The translations under genes were made by a program, and so were the position numbers. Positions 25,013 to 33,062 of a DNA stretch of 43,530 nucleotides are shown here, in pieces. Under the pieces are notes generated by a model. That model was given only the letters and a program-made list of their open reading frames with translations, was not told the origin of the DNA and did no database searches. Position 1 is the first letter of the stretch. The number at the start of each line of letters is the position of its first letter. The stretch is from a virus. Its lineage: Duplodnaviria > Heunggongvirae > Uroviricota > Caudoviricetes. The stretch covers positions 1-43,530 of IMG/VR virus record IMGVR_UViG_2734482773_000003; one strand, 5' to 3'.

Positions 25013-25528
25013 ATGAGCAGTGTAACTCCGGCAGAAGTCGGTTCATTCTTTTTATCTCTAGTTGTTCCAATCACCACTGGGGTTGTGGCAGCAGGATTTA
25101 CTGCATTTTTCGCTCTGAATCGATTTTACAAAGAAAAATGGTGGGAGAAGAAACATGCTGCGTACAATCAATTAATTGATAAATTATTTGAAATCAAAGC
25201 AATTTATTCCCACGCCTCAGATTTTTACGAGGCTGAATACAATGCTGGTATGTATGATAGGCCGCCGCCGAAAGGGTCTGTTGATTGGAATACATTCCAT
25301 CAAATAAAAGCGCAACTCCATCGGTTTTATGTGCTCGCACCAATCTCTCTAAGCAATAATACAAGGGATTTGCTCAATAATTTCTTCAAGCAGGACGCTG
25401 ATTCCGATCATAGTGTTTACGAAGAGGGTTACCCAGATTTTGTGGCATACAATGATATGACGATTGCGACCCAGCAACTTATTGATGCCATTGTCTTGGA
25501 CGCTGAAAAAGAACTTAAATTTAAATAA
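25013..25528 (+). CDS. AT-rich inserted gene: membrane-anchored protein of unknown function (candidate exclusion/defence protein)
   Basis: 171 aa; AAGGGTGAG upstream; single N-terminal TM helix FFLSLVVPITTGVVAAGFTAFFAL then soluble domain; visibly AT-rich versus flanking head genes; own terminator downstream. Confidence 0.5.
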   Translation: MSSVTPAEVGSFFLSLVVPITTGVVAAGFTAFFALNRFYKEKWWEKKHAAYNQLIDKLFEIKAIYSHASDFYEAEYNAGMYDRPPPKGSVDWNTFHQIKAQLHRFYVLAPISLSNNTRDLLNNFFKQDADSDHSVYEEGYPDFVAYNDMTIATQQLIDAIVLDAEKELKFK

Positions 25529-25544
25529 CCTCAGAGCTCCTGAA

Positions 25545-25567
25545 GGTCGCTACGGCGGCCTTTTTTA
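25545..25567 (+). terminator. intrinsic terminator after the inserted membrane-protein gene
   Basis: hairpin ggtcgc-tacg-gcggcc (one G-U) 25545..25560 followed by ttttttatt. Confidence 0.5.
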
Positions 25568-25597
25568 TTGCCAGATATCCAATAACGAGGACCCAGC

Positions 25598-26986
25598 ATG
25601 AAACGCAACCGCGTTAACGTGCTGACCGTCGTCAACTCCGCTTCAAACATCACCACTGAAACCATCGACGGCAAGCCACATATCGTGGTTCGCGGCATCA
25701 CGCCTGTCGTGGACGATATTGTGATGAACCGGAAGTTGTACCCGGCAGCCGAAATCGAAAAGGCCTACAACACACTCGAGCGCAACCCGATGCCGCTGGG
25801 CCATCCGAAAGTGGACGGCAAGCATGTTTCGGCGCGCGATGTCCGGGCGGTGAATGAGTATCACGTCGGGGCATGGCTGCAGAACGTCAGCCACAAAGAC
25901 GGGAAAGTGACGGGCGATATGTACGTTAACCGCCAGTACGCCGAATCCAGCGACAAGGGCAAGCGCCTGATTAACCGTCTGGATGAGATGTTGGCTGGTA
26001 CCAACTCCGACCCGATCCACATCTCAACCGGTCTGCTGTATTCCGGCATCGCCGCCAATGGTGAGTCGAAGGGCAAGAAGTACAACGAGATCGCCACCAA
26101 CATGATGTTTGACCATGTGGCGGTGCTGCTCGATGAGCCTGGCGCGGGTACGCCGGAGGATGGCGTGGGCATCTTCGTTAACTCTGAAGGTGATGAGCAG
26201 CAGATTGAAGTTGCCCGTCTGGCTGATGGCATCGACTGTACCCGAGACGGCCTGCTCAACAAGACCAAATTCTTCTTCACCAATGCCTCTAATTTCTCTT
26301 TCGACGATATCTCCCGCGCTATCAGCGACAAGCTGCGCGAGGGTGACACCGAAGATAAGTGGCTTTGGCCTGAAACGGTGTGGCCGGACAGCTTCATCTA
26401 CCGCAATGACACCAAATACCTGAAACAGAAGTACCTCATCGATGATGACGGCAAGGCCGTGTTCGTCGGCGAACCTGTAGAAGTCGTGCGCAAACCCACT
26501 GAGTACGAGATTAAAACCAACGGAGAGAACGATCCGATGAAAGAACTGATTATCAATGCGCTGCAAGCCGCTGGTAAGCCGACTGAAGGCAAGTCCGACG
26601 CCGAGCTGATGGACGCATACAACCAGATGAAGGCCGAAGAAGCCACCGCCAAGAAAAAAGGCGATGAAGAAATCGACCCGGAAACCGGCAAGCCCAAGAA
26701 AAAAGAGCAGGCCGCCAATAACGAAGAGATGCCAGCGTGGGCGCAGAAACTCGCCGATCGCGTGGACGTCGTTTTCAACAGCCTGAGCGCTAACGCCGAT
26801 AAAGAGAAAGGCGAAAAGCGCGCGGCTGTGAAGCTGGCGATGAACATGAGCGACGACGAAGTCGCGGATCTGGACGGTAAGGCGCTCGACGCCATGTACG
26901 CCAAGTGCCAGACATCTTTCGGCCTGAACGGTGCATTCCGCCATCAGGCAACCAACACCCAATCAGTCAGCGAAATGCCGGAGTAA
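25598..26986 (+). CDS. head scaffolding / prohead-protease-like protein
   Basis: 462 aa, acidic and Lys/Glu-rich C-terminal half typical of scaffolds; located between the morphogenesis gene and the capsid genes; assignment by position and composition. Confidence 0.5.
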   Translation: MKRNRVNVLTVVNSASNITTETIDGKPHIVVRGITPVVDDIVMNRKLYPAAEIEKAYNTLERNPMPLGHPKVDGKHVSARDVRAVNEYHVGAWLQNVSHKDGKVTGDMYVNRQYAESSDKGKRLINRLDEMLAGTNSDPIHISTGLLYSGIAANGESKGKKYNEIATNMMFDHVAVLLDEPGAGTPEDGVGIFVNSEGDEQQIEVARLADGIDCTRDGLLNKTKFFFTNASNFSFDDISRAISDKLREGDTEDKWLWPETVWPDSFIYRNDTKYLKQKYLIDDDGKAVFVGEPVEVVRKPTEYEIKTNGENDPMKELIINALQAAGKPTEGKSDAELMDAYNQMKAEEATAKKKGDEEIDPETGKPKKKEQAANNEEMPAWAQKLADRVDVVFNSLSANADKEKGEKRAAVKLAMNMSDDEVADLDGKALDAMYAKCQTSFGLNGAFRHQATNTQSVSEMPE

Positions 26987-26989
26987 AAA

Positions 26990-27424
26990 ATGGCTAAAGA
27001 CGGAAAGCATATTATCCACGCCGGCGGCGTGTTCCCTAATCCGCTGCTTAACCGCGAAGGCGGGGCGGCTGCATCGACTCTGCCTGGTACTGTTGGCTTC
27101 TTCAGTACTGCTGACAAGTTCACGGCCTCTGTGGTCGGGGCAGAATCCGCCATCAAGTATGTGGCAAACAAAGACTACCTGCGCTGCCTGAGTGTTGATG
27201 ACGCAATCCCAGCCAATGAATTGGTTGTTGGTATTCATCCGCTGCCTGGCATGTTCCTAAATGTGCGAGCAGCAGCGGGCACTTACACCAAAGGCCAGCC
27301 GGTTGCAGTAGCCAACGGTCAGATCACTGCGGTTGTAGATGATGTCGCCGTATTCGCTTATGTCGAAGAAGATAAAGCAGTCACTGCGGTGGCGGGCGAT
27401 CTGATTCGCGTTGTGTTCAAATAA
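26990..27424 (+). CDS. head decoration / capsid accessory protein
   Basis: 144 aa, Gly/Ala/Val-rich beta-type sequence directly upstream of the major capsid gene. Confidence 0.5.
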   Translation: MAKDGKHIIHAGGVFPNPLLNREGGAAASTLPGTVGFFSTADKFTASVVGAESAIKYVANKDYLRCLSVDDAIPANELVVGIHPLPGMFLNVRAAAGTYTKGQPVAVANGQITAVVDDVAVFAYVEEDKAVTAVAGDLIRVVFK

Positions 27425-27434
27425 GGAGCACTGA

Positions 27435-28532
27435 ATGTTTGTATTCTCCAAGTCTATCGGCGAGAAGACCGGTAACCTCGCGGTAAACCAGGCGCAATGG
27501 CGCGCTCTCGAACTTGAGCGAAACGCCAGTGCTCAGGCAGCAGCTGATTTTCTGGCGCGCACTCAGTTCCGTGGTGATGCAGAAAACGCCCCTTATCTCG
27601 ACGCGGTGAACGCAGTTGACGATATCCGCCGCCTGTATCGCGCTTTCGACACAACTGTGCTTCAGCAGTTCGAGCCAAATACCGAATTCACCCTGCTGAA
27701 CGATCTGATGCCGCTCTCTCGCTCCGTGCGAATTGAGCAGTCTCGTTACGATTACGCTCGTACCGGCGGCCGCGGCTGGGCTCATACTTCCATGTCCGGT
27801 CAGGTTGGTGCGGCGCTGGATGCTCGCAGCTATTCCTTCGATGGCACCATGGTACCTATTCACGACTCGGGCTTTAAGTTCGAATGGCGTGATCCAATCT
27901 TCAACAGCCCACAGGCATTGCAGTCGCAGGCTGATGCGCAGCGTGGTTCGGTTGAAGACGTTCAGCGTCGTTACGTTGACTACATCTTCAACGGCTTCCG
28001 CGACAAAGCTGGCAACTTCGCAGTGTTTGACGGTCTGACCTGGAAAGGGTTGCGTGACGATGAGCGCGTAGCGCAGATCGACCTTGGCGCTTCAGGCCTG
28101 AACATCGATTTTACCTCTGGCACAGCAACGTCTCAGGACATCCGCGCCGGGGCAATCGTGCTTCGTGATCAGATGCGTCGCGTAAACAACCAGTATGCAG
28201 AGCAGACCTGGTATGTATCCGGCGAAATCATCTCCAACCTGGAACGCTACTTCTCCGACAACTTCCAGTCCGGAACGATCATGGATGAAATCCTGAAGCT
28301 GACCGGTGTAGCGGCGATTAAAGAAGACAGCCAACTGTCAGGTAACGAAATCGTCATCGTTCCACTGAGTGCAGGTGTCATTGCTCCAATCGTCGGCCAG
28401 GCTATCGGTACCGTTGCATCTCCGCGTCCTGAGTACAACAGCGACTACATCTGGCGCACCTGGGGTGCAATGGGGTTGATGGTCAAGCAGGACATCAACA
28501 ACAAATACTCCGTAATTCACGCATCAAGCTAA
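27435..28532 (+). CDS. major capsid protein
   Basis: 365 aa, position after scaffold/decoration genes; GGAG upstream; assignment by size and position. Confidence 0.65.
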   Translation: MFVFSKSIGEKTGNLAVNQAQWRALELERNASAQAAADFLARTQFRGDAENAPYLDAVNAVDDIRRLYRAFDTTVLQQFEPNTEFTLLNDLMPLSRSVRIEQSRYDYARTGGRGWAHTSMSGQVGAALDARSYSFDGTMVPIHDSGFKFEWRDPIFNSPQALQSQADAQRGSVEDVQRRYVDYIFNGFRDKAGNFAVFDGLTWKGLRDDERVAQIDLGASGLNIDFTSGTATSQDIRAGAIVLRDQMRRVNNQYAEQTWYVSGEIISNLERYFSDNFQSGTIMDEILKLTGVAAIKEDSQLSGNEIVIVPLSAGVIAPIVGQAIGTVASPRPEYNSDYIWRTWGAMGLMVKQDINNKYSVIHASS

Positions 28533-28541
28533 GGATAAATC

Positions 28542-28907
28542 ATGGCACTGGTAGAAATCGTGGCAAGTAACCTGCACGCCGGTGCCAATCTCCGCAAACT
28601 GGAGGTTGGTTCGGTGGTGGATGTTGACGACGCAACGGCTGAGCGCTGGATCAGCGCTGGCAAGGCGAAGCAAACCGACAAGAAGAAAGGCGAGAAGCTT
28701 ACCTTCGAAGTGGCAACTCCGTCCGCGCAGGCGGCAGACCTTTCTGGCCTGCAAAAGCAACTCGCCGACGCGCTGGAGCAGAACCAAAAGCTAATCGCCG
28801 ATGGTGAAGCAAAAGACAAGGCTCACGCCGACGCACTGGCAGCAGAAACAAAACGCGCTGACGAAGCCGAAGCGGCATTGGCGGAAGCAACCAAGAAGGC
28901 GAAATAA
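28542..28907 (+). CDS. hypothetical head-associated protein (coiled-coil C-terminus)
   Basis: ATG 28542 with AAGGA upstream; Ala/Lys/Glu-rich C-terminus. Confidence 0.45.
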   Translation: MALVEIVASNLHAGANLRKLEVGSVVDVDDATAERWISAGKAKQTDKKKGEKLTFEVATPSAQAADLSGLQKQLADALEQNQKLIADGEAKDKAHADALAAETKRADEAEAALAEATKKAK

Positions 28908-28909
28908 CC

Positions 28910-29290
28910 ATGGCTGACCCAATCACAGCGGCAGACGTGCAGGCGTACCTCGGTGAATTGGGTTACACCATTCCCATGGCGTTGCTGGATCCAATTCTCT
29001 GCGCGGTCAACAAAATTATCCCGTGCCTCGATGGTGCGGGGTATGACGAGTGCACTGCAAAGCTGATTCTGATGTACGCCGCCGCGCTTATGGCTACGTC
29101 GTCTGGTGCGCGCCGCATCAAATCACAGGGTGCGCCGTCTGGCGCGTCCCGCTCGTTTGAATATGGTGACGACAGCATTACCTGGCTGCGCGACTCGTTG
29201 GCTCGTCTCGATACCAGCGGATGCACCGGTGAGTTACCGATCAGCGCTGGTAATAGTGTCGGCCTGTTCATGGTGGTCGGGGGCTGCTGA
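28910..29290 (+). CDS. putative head-tail connector protein
   Basis: position between capsid and tail genes; begins 3 nt after the previous stop. Confidence 0.45.
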   Translation: MADPITAADVQAYLGELGYTIPMALLDPILCAVNKIIPCLDGAGYDECTAKLILMYAAALMATSSGARRIKSQGAPSGASRSFEYGDDSITWLRDSLARLDTSGCTGELPISAGNSVGLFMVVGGC

Positions 29291-29463
29291 TGACGTACAA
29301 ATCAGTTAAGCACGGCCTGCCGCGCTCATTCACCCGCGTCTGGGTGATGACCGACACAGGGCGGGAGACAACCGGTTACGTTAAGTCGGACGGCGAGTGG
29401 TTCATCAACTGCCCGCGCATCCGGGCGACTGGCGCCGCTGTGCTGCGATGGAGGGATGACTGA
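29290..29463 (+). CDS. small translationally coupled protein (57 aa)
   Basis: not in the ORF table; ATG 29290 overlaps the upstream stop (TGATG) and its stop overlaps the next ATG at 29463; MTYKSVKHGLPRSFTRVWVMTDTGRETTGYVKSDGEWFINCPRIRATGAAVLRWRDD. Confidence 0.4.
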   Translation: MTYKSVKHGLPRSFTRVWVMTDTGRETTGYVKSDGEWFINCPRIRATGAAVLRWRDD

Positions 29464-29810
29464 TGTCGTCAACCGCTAATTGGTCATACACCGCGACGGC
29501 GACAATCTGGCGCAATCTCGGTAACGATGAATACGGTGACTCGCTCGGCTTCTCTGCCCCTGAGTCGATTCTCTGTGATTACGAAGGTGGCCTGTCAAAG
29601 CGCATCGGCAATATCGGATCTGAAATCGTCGTGAAGAATACCGTTTGGACTGAGTATGCACTGGCAGCGGCGGGTGATTACCTGCTGATTGGCCAGTCAA
29701 CCGAATCCGATCCGGTTGTCGCCGGAGCAGACGAGGTGCGGCAGGTTATCCGCTACGCCGACACGTTCGAGCGCCTAGTGGATGATTACGCCATCCTGAC
29801 GGGGGTGTAG
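29463..29810 (+). CDS. putative head-tail adaptor / head closure protein
   Basis: 115 aa, translationally coupled within the head-tail joining gene block. Confidence 0.45.
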   Translation: MSSTANWSYTATATIWRNLGNDEYGDSLGFSAPESILCDYEGGLSKRIGNIGSEIVVKNTVWTEYALAAAGDYLLIGQSTESDPVVAGADEVRQVIRYADTFERLVDDYAILTGV

Positions 29811-29812
29811 CC

Positions 29813-30277
29813 ATGGGCATCAAAGTGAAGGGCGTTAGCCAGGCGAAAAAGCACCTGAACGATGTCATCAACGACGTGAAGTGGCGCAAGGTGATTCGCG
29901 CGCTGCAGTCGGCGATGATTCTCATCGGGGCACGGGCAGCCTATTACACCCCGATCGACACCTCTACGCTGATTAACAGCCAGTTTCGCGAAATTGACGC
30001 TGGCGGCGTGTTCATCACCGGGCGCATCGGTTACTCAGCAAACTATGCCGCGTACGTTCATGAGGCGTCAGGCAAGCTGAAAGGTCAGCCGCGCGCGCAC
30101 TTTGGTATAACCAGCAACCGATCTGAGTTCGGTCCGCAGAAACCGAAAGAGTTCGGCGGCGGCACCGGAAAGGGCAACTACTGGGATCCGCACGGTGAAC
30201 CGCAATTCCTGACCAAAGGCGCGAATGATGAGCGCGATAACGTTGATGCGGTGATGCGCAAGGAGCTTTCGCTATGA
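29813..30277 (+). CDS. HK97 gp10-like tail-component protein
   Basis: 154 aa; MGIKVKGVSQAKKHLNDV... resembles the HK97 gp10 family (from memory); position in head-tail joining block. Confidence 0.55.
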   Translation: MGIKVKGVSQAKKHLNDVINDVKWRKVIRALQSAMILIGARAAYYTPIDTSTLINSQFREIDAGGVFITGRIGYSANYAAYVHEASGKLKGQPRAHFGITSNRSEFGPQKPKEFGGGTGKGNYWDPHGEPQFLTKGANDERDNVDAVMRKELSL

Positions 30278-30657
30278 CACCCATGATGCACGAGCGGGTG
30301 CGCAACATGTTCGGCGACGCCGGGCTAACTACCGGTTTCACGGTGCAGCAGCTGATGTACGACGACCCGGGAGACCTGTCGAAGGCGATCATGGTGTTCA
30401 GGCCTAACGGCGGGTCGTATATTCGGACTGACCTCGGCTCTGAGTATCACGTCCTGGTCGACGTCGTAGGCGCAAAAGATAAGCGCAAAGACGCACTCAA
30501 TGCCGTACAGCGCATCGTCGATTACGTCCAGGCCAACCCCATGGCTGACGAGTGCGTCGGCTACATCCAGAACATGGGCGCAATTCCCGCGCCGGTGCTC
30601 ACAGAAGAAGGGCGAATAGTCTTCAGACTCCAGTTCGCCTGCACTTACGGCGAATAG
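30274..30657 (+). CDS. putative tail completion / tail terminator protein
   Basis: 127 aa, start overlaps the previous stop; last gene before the terminator and major tail gene. Confidence 0.45.
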   Translation: MTPMMHERVRNMFGDAGLTTGFTVQQLMYDDPGDLSKAIMVFRPNGGSYIRTDLGSEYHVLVDVVGAKDKRKDALNAVQRIVDYVQANPMADECVGYIQNMGAIPAPVLTEEGRIVFRLQFACTYGE

Positions 30658-30674
30658 CCATCCCAACCAAATAA

Positions 30675-30699
30675 CCCGCTTCGGCGGGTTTTCTTTTTA
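30675..30699 (+). terminator. intrinsic terminator/attenuator before the major tail gene
   Basis: hairpin acccgc-ttcg-gcgggt 30675..30690 followed by tttctttttat. Confidence 0.55.
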
Positions 30700-30720
30700 T
30701 ACGTCAAAGAGGAGTTTCAA

Positions 30721-31464
30721 ATGGCTAATTGCCAGAACTCGAACGAACGCCTGTTCGGCGGTGCGGTCGTGCTGGAAGTCGCCGATGGCTGCCCGGATGT
30801 CAAACCACTCGAATCTGAGTGGAAGGCGCTGGCTGCTGGTACGTCGAAAGGCTTCGACTTCAACCCTAACTCGGTTACCTCTGATGCGGATGACGGCGGC
30901 GGCTATGTCGAGACCATCATCACCAACAGTGACTTCACCCTGAGCTTTGAAGGTGAAGTGCGCAAGAAGGACAAACTGGACCAGTACGGTGTCGGCAAGT
31001 TCATCAAGTATTTCGCTGATGAGCTGAAGGCTAAGCGCCAGCCAGGTATCTGGGTGCGCATGGACTACGGTCCGATTGAATTCATCGGCTACATGAACAT
31101 TAACGCGTTGAGTTCTGACGGTGGCACTAACGATATCGTCACGTTCTCTACTGAGTTCAAGGTCGGTGACGCGAGCACTATCGAAGTGAACGAAATCACT
31201 GCGGTAGCAGTGACTGGTGTGACGGTAACCCCGACTACCAGCACTGGCGCGGCTGGCGGTACCAGCACCTTCACGGTGAATATCGCACCAACCGGCGCAA
31301 CAAATACTGGCTTCACCGTCGCTTCAACCGATCCCACCAAAGCCACTGCCACGGCATCAGGTACTACCGTCACGGTTAACCGTGTGGCGACCGGCAGCGC
31401 GCAGATCATCATCAACACCGAAGACGGCAACTTTGTGGCCGTGCATACGGTAACAGTTACTTAA
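30721..31464 (+). CDS. major tail tube protein with C-terminal Ig-like domain
   Basis: AAGAGGAG upstream; C-terminal Thr/Val-rich beta segment (VTGVTVTPTTSTGAAGGTSTFTVNIAPTGATNTGFTV...) typical of Ig-like domains on lambda V-type tail tubes. Confidence 0.65.
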   Translation: MANCQNSNERLFGGAVVLEVADGCPDVKPLESEWKALAAGTSKGFDFNPNSVTSDADDGGGYVETIITNSDFTLSFEGEVRKKDKLDQYGVGKFIKYFADELKAKRQPGIWVRMDYGPIEFIGYMNINALSSDGGTNDIVTFSTEFKVGDASTIEVNEITAVAVTGVTVTPTTSTGAAGGTSTFTVNIAPTGATNTGFTVASTDPTKATATASGTTVTVNRVATGSAQIIINTEDGNFVAVHTVTVT

Positions 31465-31521
31465 CGGACATTCCAAAGGGTGGCGTGCCGCCCTTGATAA
31501 TGACCGTTTACTGGAAGGCCT

Positions 31522-32193
31522 ATGACCGCTTTAACAGATATTGGCGAACTCTCTATCAGCGACAGCCGCGAAGGCGGGAAAGATTACCTGTTACGGCCGT
31601 CATTCGAGGCTATGGCGAGAATCGGCACTCCGGAAGAGATTGTGCAGGCGTATGCCACCATCCACGGGAATGATGTCGCTCAACTCATTGAGGTGTGCAC
31701 CGGCGGGCTGGGCCGCTTTCCTGAATGGCTATCACCTTCATTCAACCGCGCCGCTGAGAAGCTGTTATCAACGTGCATGCTTGTGCTGCAGGCGTGTTGT
31801 GATGATGACCTGACGCCAATGATTGGCGAATGGAAAGGGTGGCGACATTGTGTCGTCTACCGCCCGGGCCAGATGCCGAAGAACGACATCATCGTACTGG
31901 CGCAGCACCTCATGCAGCACGGGGTCGTAGGTAAAGCCAAAGTTCGACAGTTGCAGCGTCACGAGACTGACGAGCGCACTACCGAGTTTAAAGCCTTCGA
32001 CTACATCAGCGCGGCACGAAGTCACTTCGGCATGAATCGCGCCGAAGCTTCGCAGCTAACGATGACCGAATTTCAGATGCTGCTGGCCACGAAATACCCG
32101 GACCAGAAAGGTTTCACTCGCGAAGAGTACGACAGCATCGCCGACGAATACCTGGCTAAACAGGCCGCGCGCAGGGCACAAGTTAGTAGTTAA
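31522..32193 (+). CDS. putative tail assembly chaperone
   Basis: position between major tail and tape-measure genes; 223 aa; no obvious frameshift partner identified. Confidence 0.5.
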   Translation: MTALTDIGELSISDSREGGKDYLLRPSFEAMARIGTPEEIVQAYATIHGNDVAQLIEVCTGGLGRFPEWLSPSFNRAAEKLLSTCMLVLQACCDDDLTPMIGEWKGWRHCVVYRPGQMPKNDIIVLAQHLMQHGVVGKAKVRQLQRHETDERTTEFKAFDYISAARSHFGMNRAEASQLTMTEFQMLLATKYPDQKGFTREEYDSIADEYLAKQAARRAQVSS

Positions 32194-32239
32194 TAAAATG
32201 AAATTTACAAAATTACCTTTTATTTTGCACTAGCCATAC

Positions 32240-32268
32240 TTGCAGGGTTATTGAGTAGGAGTTATAGT
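32240..32268 (+). promoter_or_regulatory. candidate sigma70 promoter for the inserted NYN-domain gene
   Basis: TTGCAG (32240..32245) - 17 nt - TATAGT (32263..32268), in an AT-rich tract directly after the chaperone stop. Confidence 0.45.
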
Positions 32269-32281
32269 TCGCAACAATGAT

Positions 32282-32335
32282 GTGGGCGGCTCGCACCCCA
32301 TACAAGTGAGGTTTACCTCCGCGAGCCTAACCCAC
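32282..32335 (+). other. structured 5' leader element upstream of the NYN-domain gene
   Basis: nested complementarity gtggg/cccac (32282..32286 with 32331..32335) and ggctcgc/gcgagcc (32288..32294 with 32321..32327) enclosing an inner gaggt/acctc hairpin; followed by a C/U-rich tract; the ATG at 32373 lacks a clear Shine-Dalgarno. Confidence 0.35.
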
Positions 32336-32372
32336 CACTCTCCCTCTAATTCCCCGAATTCGGTTAATAAAA

Positions 32373-33005
32373 ATGGAAAGACAGTACGCAGTACTTCTTG
32401 ACGCAGGGTTCTTGCGCCGAAAATTAGGTACTCAGGCAGCACCAATGACAGCTCAAAATGTCGAAGATTTAGTTAATAAAATTAAAGCACGAGCTGAGTT
32501 ATTAGGGATGCGGTTGTATCGTGTGTTTTATTACGACGCTGAGCCTTTCACGGGTACTAAGACACATCCTATATCCAACGCTGTTATTAACTTTGGCGCT
32601 ACACAAATGGCCATTGATTGTAATACATTGTTAGATGAGCTTAAGGTCAAGCCTTTTTTTGCTGTGCGCCTAGGGGAACTCAATTTTAGAGGGTGGAAGG
32701 TTTCTGATGCTGCTCTTCAGTCAGGTGCAGGAGGGACGGCAACAATTAATGCTCATAATGTTTCTCCCAATCTTCAGCAGAAAGGTGTGGATATGAGGAT
32801 CGCATTAGATATCTCATCTATGACTTTAAAAAACCAAGCAGACGTTTTTTGCTTGGTAACAGGTGACTCAGATTTTGCACCCATCATCAAATTTGCGAGA
32901 TCTGAAGGAAAGCAAGTATTCACTTATACTCTCGGTCATAGAGTCAAACCATCTTTGCCTATTCATTCTGACCTCCATATCCCTGAAACGTACGCTAATT
33001 TGTAA
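32373..33005 (+). CDS. AT-rich inserted gene: NYN/LabA-like (PIN-fold) nuclease-domain protein
   Basis: 210 aa; motifs AVLLDAGFL, KGVDMRIALD and LVTGDSDFAPIIKFARSEGKQV match the NYN/LabA acidic-residue signature (from memory); visibly AT-rich; flanked by its own promoter and terminator inside the tail module. Confidence 0.6.
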   Translation: MERQYAVLLDAGFLRRKLGTQAAPMTAQNVEDLVNKIKARAELLGMRLYRVFYYDAEPFTGTKTHPISNAVINFGATQMAIDCNTLLDELKVKPFFAVRLGELNFRGWKVSDAALQSGAGGTATINAHNVSPNLQQKGVDMRIALDISSMTLKNQADVFCLVTGDSDFAPIIKFARSEGKQVFTYTLGHRVKPSLPIHSDLHIPETYANL

Positions 33006-33023
33006 ACTTTAATCATTTCTTAA

Positions 33024-33047
33024 AACCCGCTTCGGCGGGTTTTTTTA
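33024..33047 (+). terminator. intrinsic terminator after the NYN-domain gene
   Basis: hairpin aacccgc-ttcg-gcgggtt 33024..33041 followed by tttttt; same hairpin core as at 30675. Confidence 0.55.
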
Positions 33048-33062
33048 TGTCCGGAGAACGAC

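Noticed and set aside
26024-26962. 312-aa minus-strand ORF within the head gene region
   Set aside because: Lies antisense to the co-directional structural operon and the 462-aa scaffold-like gene; Gly/Val/Leu-rich low-complexity translation typical of shadow ORFs.
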